From: Ramazzottius varieornatus
Lineage: Eukaryota > Animalia > Tardigrada
Direction: 5' to 3'
Length of the DNA: 36,163 nucleotides
NCBI GenBank assembly: GCA_001949185.1
Contig: BDGG01000005.1
Location: 3,250,464 to 3,286,626, forward strand
Below are positions 35,301 to 36,163 of the stretch, piece by piece; within the stretch, counting starts at the first letter, position 1, and every line of letters begins with the position of its first letter. The translations under genes and the position numbers were made by a program. The notes under the pieces were generated by a model. It did no database searches. It was not told where the DNA came from and saw only the letters and a program-made list of their open reading frames with translations.

Positions 35301-35438
35301 TAGAGATGTTATCTGGATCGTATCCGGATGGATAAGAGTTTTATCCGATTAGGAGATGGACGGAAAAAACTCTAATCCAATCCAGGTTTTATCCGGATAT
35401 ATCCGGATAAATCCGTTGTGGATGGATAATTAACCTTG
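32374..35438 (-). mobile_element. Degenerate hAT (Ac-like) DNA transposon
   Basis: TAGGGTTG left end and degenerate TAACCTTG right end; dense GGATA/ATCCGG subterminal repeats at ~32385-32525 and ~35295-35485 flanking a transposase pseudogene; no matching 8-bp TSD found. Confidence 0.85.
32601..35011 (-). pseudogene. hAT transposase pseudogene with BED zinc finger
   Basis: Fragments: AKCNYCS..GTS (BED), KPIGTVDEPHFVRMINGLNPSYKVP, TTDMW, HSGKNMKNAV, RWTS, EEW...L.KPLE, and dimerisation domain LKFW...YPTLYRIAKDVLA...SVPS*SAFS...RNRL; many stops and frameshifts. Confidence 0.9.
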
Positions 35439-35497
35439 CTATCACCAATCCGACATCGGATGGATCCGGGTGAATCCGGATAGAAGTTGGATTGGAC

Positions 35498-35600
35498 TAA
35501 TGATGAGCATTACAAGCTGACGGCTCGTGTAATGTAAAATGTAATGTAAAACAGTGTAATTACAAAAAGTGTAATTACATTTTACACTTGTTCACATTTT
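35498..35600. repeat. TGTAAT/ATTACA cluster, possible subterminal region of a second DNA transposon
   Basis: Repeated TGTAAT, TGTAAAA and ATTACA in both orientations after TAATGATGAGC. Confidence 0.5.
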
Positions 35601-35759
35601 GCAACCCCGAAAGAACGGAACCTGTAAACCAAGTGTAAACTATCAAATGACCCCTCCAAGTTAGCTAAATCAAAGCCGCTACAGATGTGGAAAGAAACGT
35701 AATCTCTCGTATACAGTAAACCTATTAACACAATCTTCAATCTTCACTGGTTCAAACAA

Positions 35760-36163
35760 CTACTTGACAACAAATAAATCTGCTAAGGTGAAAAACTTTC
35801 CGGTCAGAGACACGTCATCTTCGAGCTCCTCACTGCTTGGCATGTCATTGTCGTCTTGACCGAACAAATCATCAAGGATTGCCATTTGACTTTCCAGCTC
35901 CATTAGATCGGTTTCACCGCCACCTGGAAAAGAAATATTCTAAAGTACCGATGTCAAAATAGTAATGTCGAAGTAAATTGAAAATCATATCATAATGTAA
36001 GTGAATTGTTTACCTTGATCAAGTTTCACTGGTATTGTCTCTTCGTCCACTGTTACAACAACAACAGGCTCATCTGAAACATTTCCGGTCATCTTTGCTT
36101 TCTTCTCGTCCTTTTCTCTCTTACGTTTTCTTGAGAGCTCCTCATCTTCACGACAGAATTTCA
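35760..36163 (-). pseudogene. 3' end of an unidentified gene or transposase (basic NLS-like patch and acidic tail), running off the window
   Basis: RKRKR / KDEKKAKMTGNVSDEP...LDQ G|GTAAAC intron 36013-35924 TTCCAG| GGETDLMELESQMAILDDLFGQDDNDMPSSEELEDD; apparent frameshift near 36115. Confidence 0.45.

Overview
Eukaryotic (invertebrate) genomic DNA with compact GT-AG introns; the gene content gives a tardigrade-like impression, but the taxon is inferred only. Main genes: a ~17-exon HEATR1/UTP10 gene (31723->17436, minus), a 10-exon CEP131-like gene directly downstream (17084->13688, minus), and three paralogous gustatory-receptor-family (7tm_7) genes, two of which carry frameshifts. Manual splicing reveals small genes missed or fragmented in the ORF track: a 3-exon secreted FOLN-motif protein (12718->12135), a Ly6/three-finger-like secreted gene (~1837->1240), and two antisense genes nested in HEATR1 introns (a spliced 67-aa acidic microprotein and a secreted 6-Cys precursor). 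Mobile DNA includes a decayed hAT transposon, several TA-flanked MITEs, and a nine-copy foldback repeat family built from inverted GTGGCGCACG motif pairs at a nearly fixed 23-nt spacing. All exon models were derived by hand and are unverified by transcript data.
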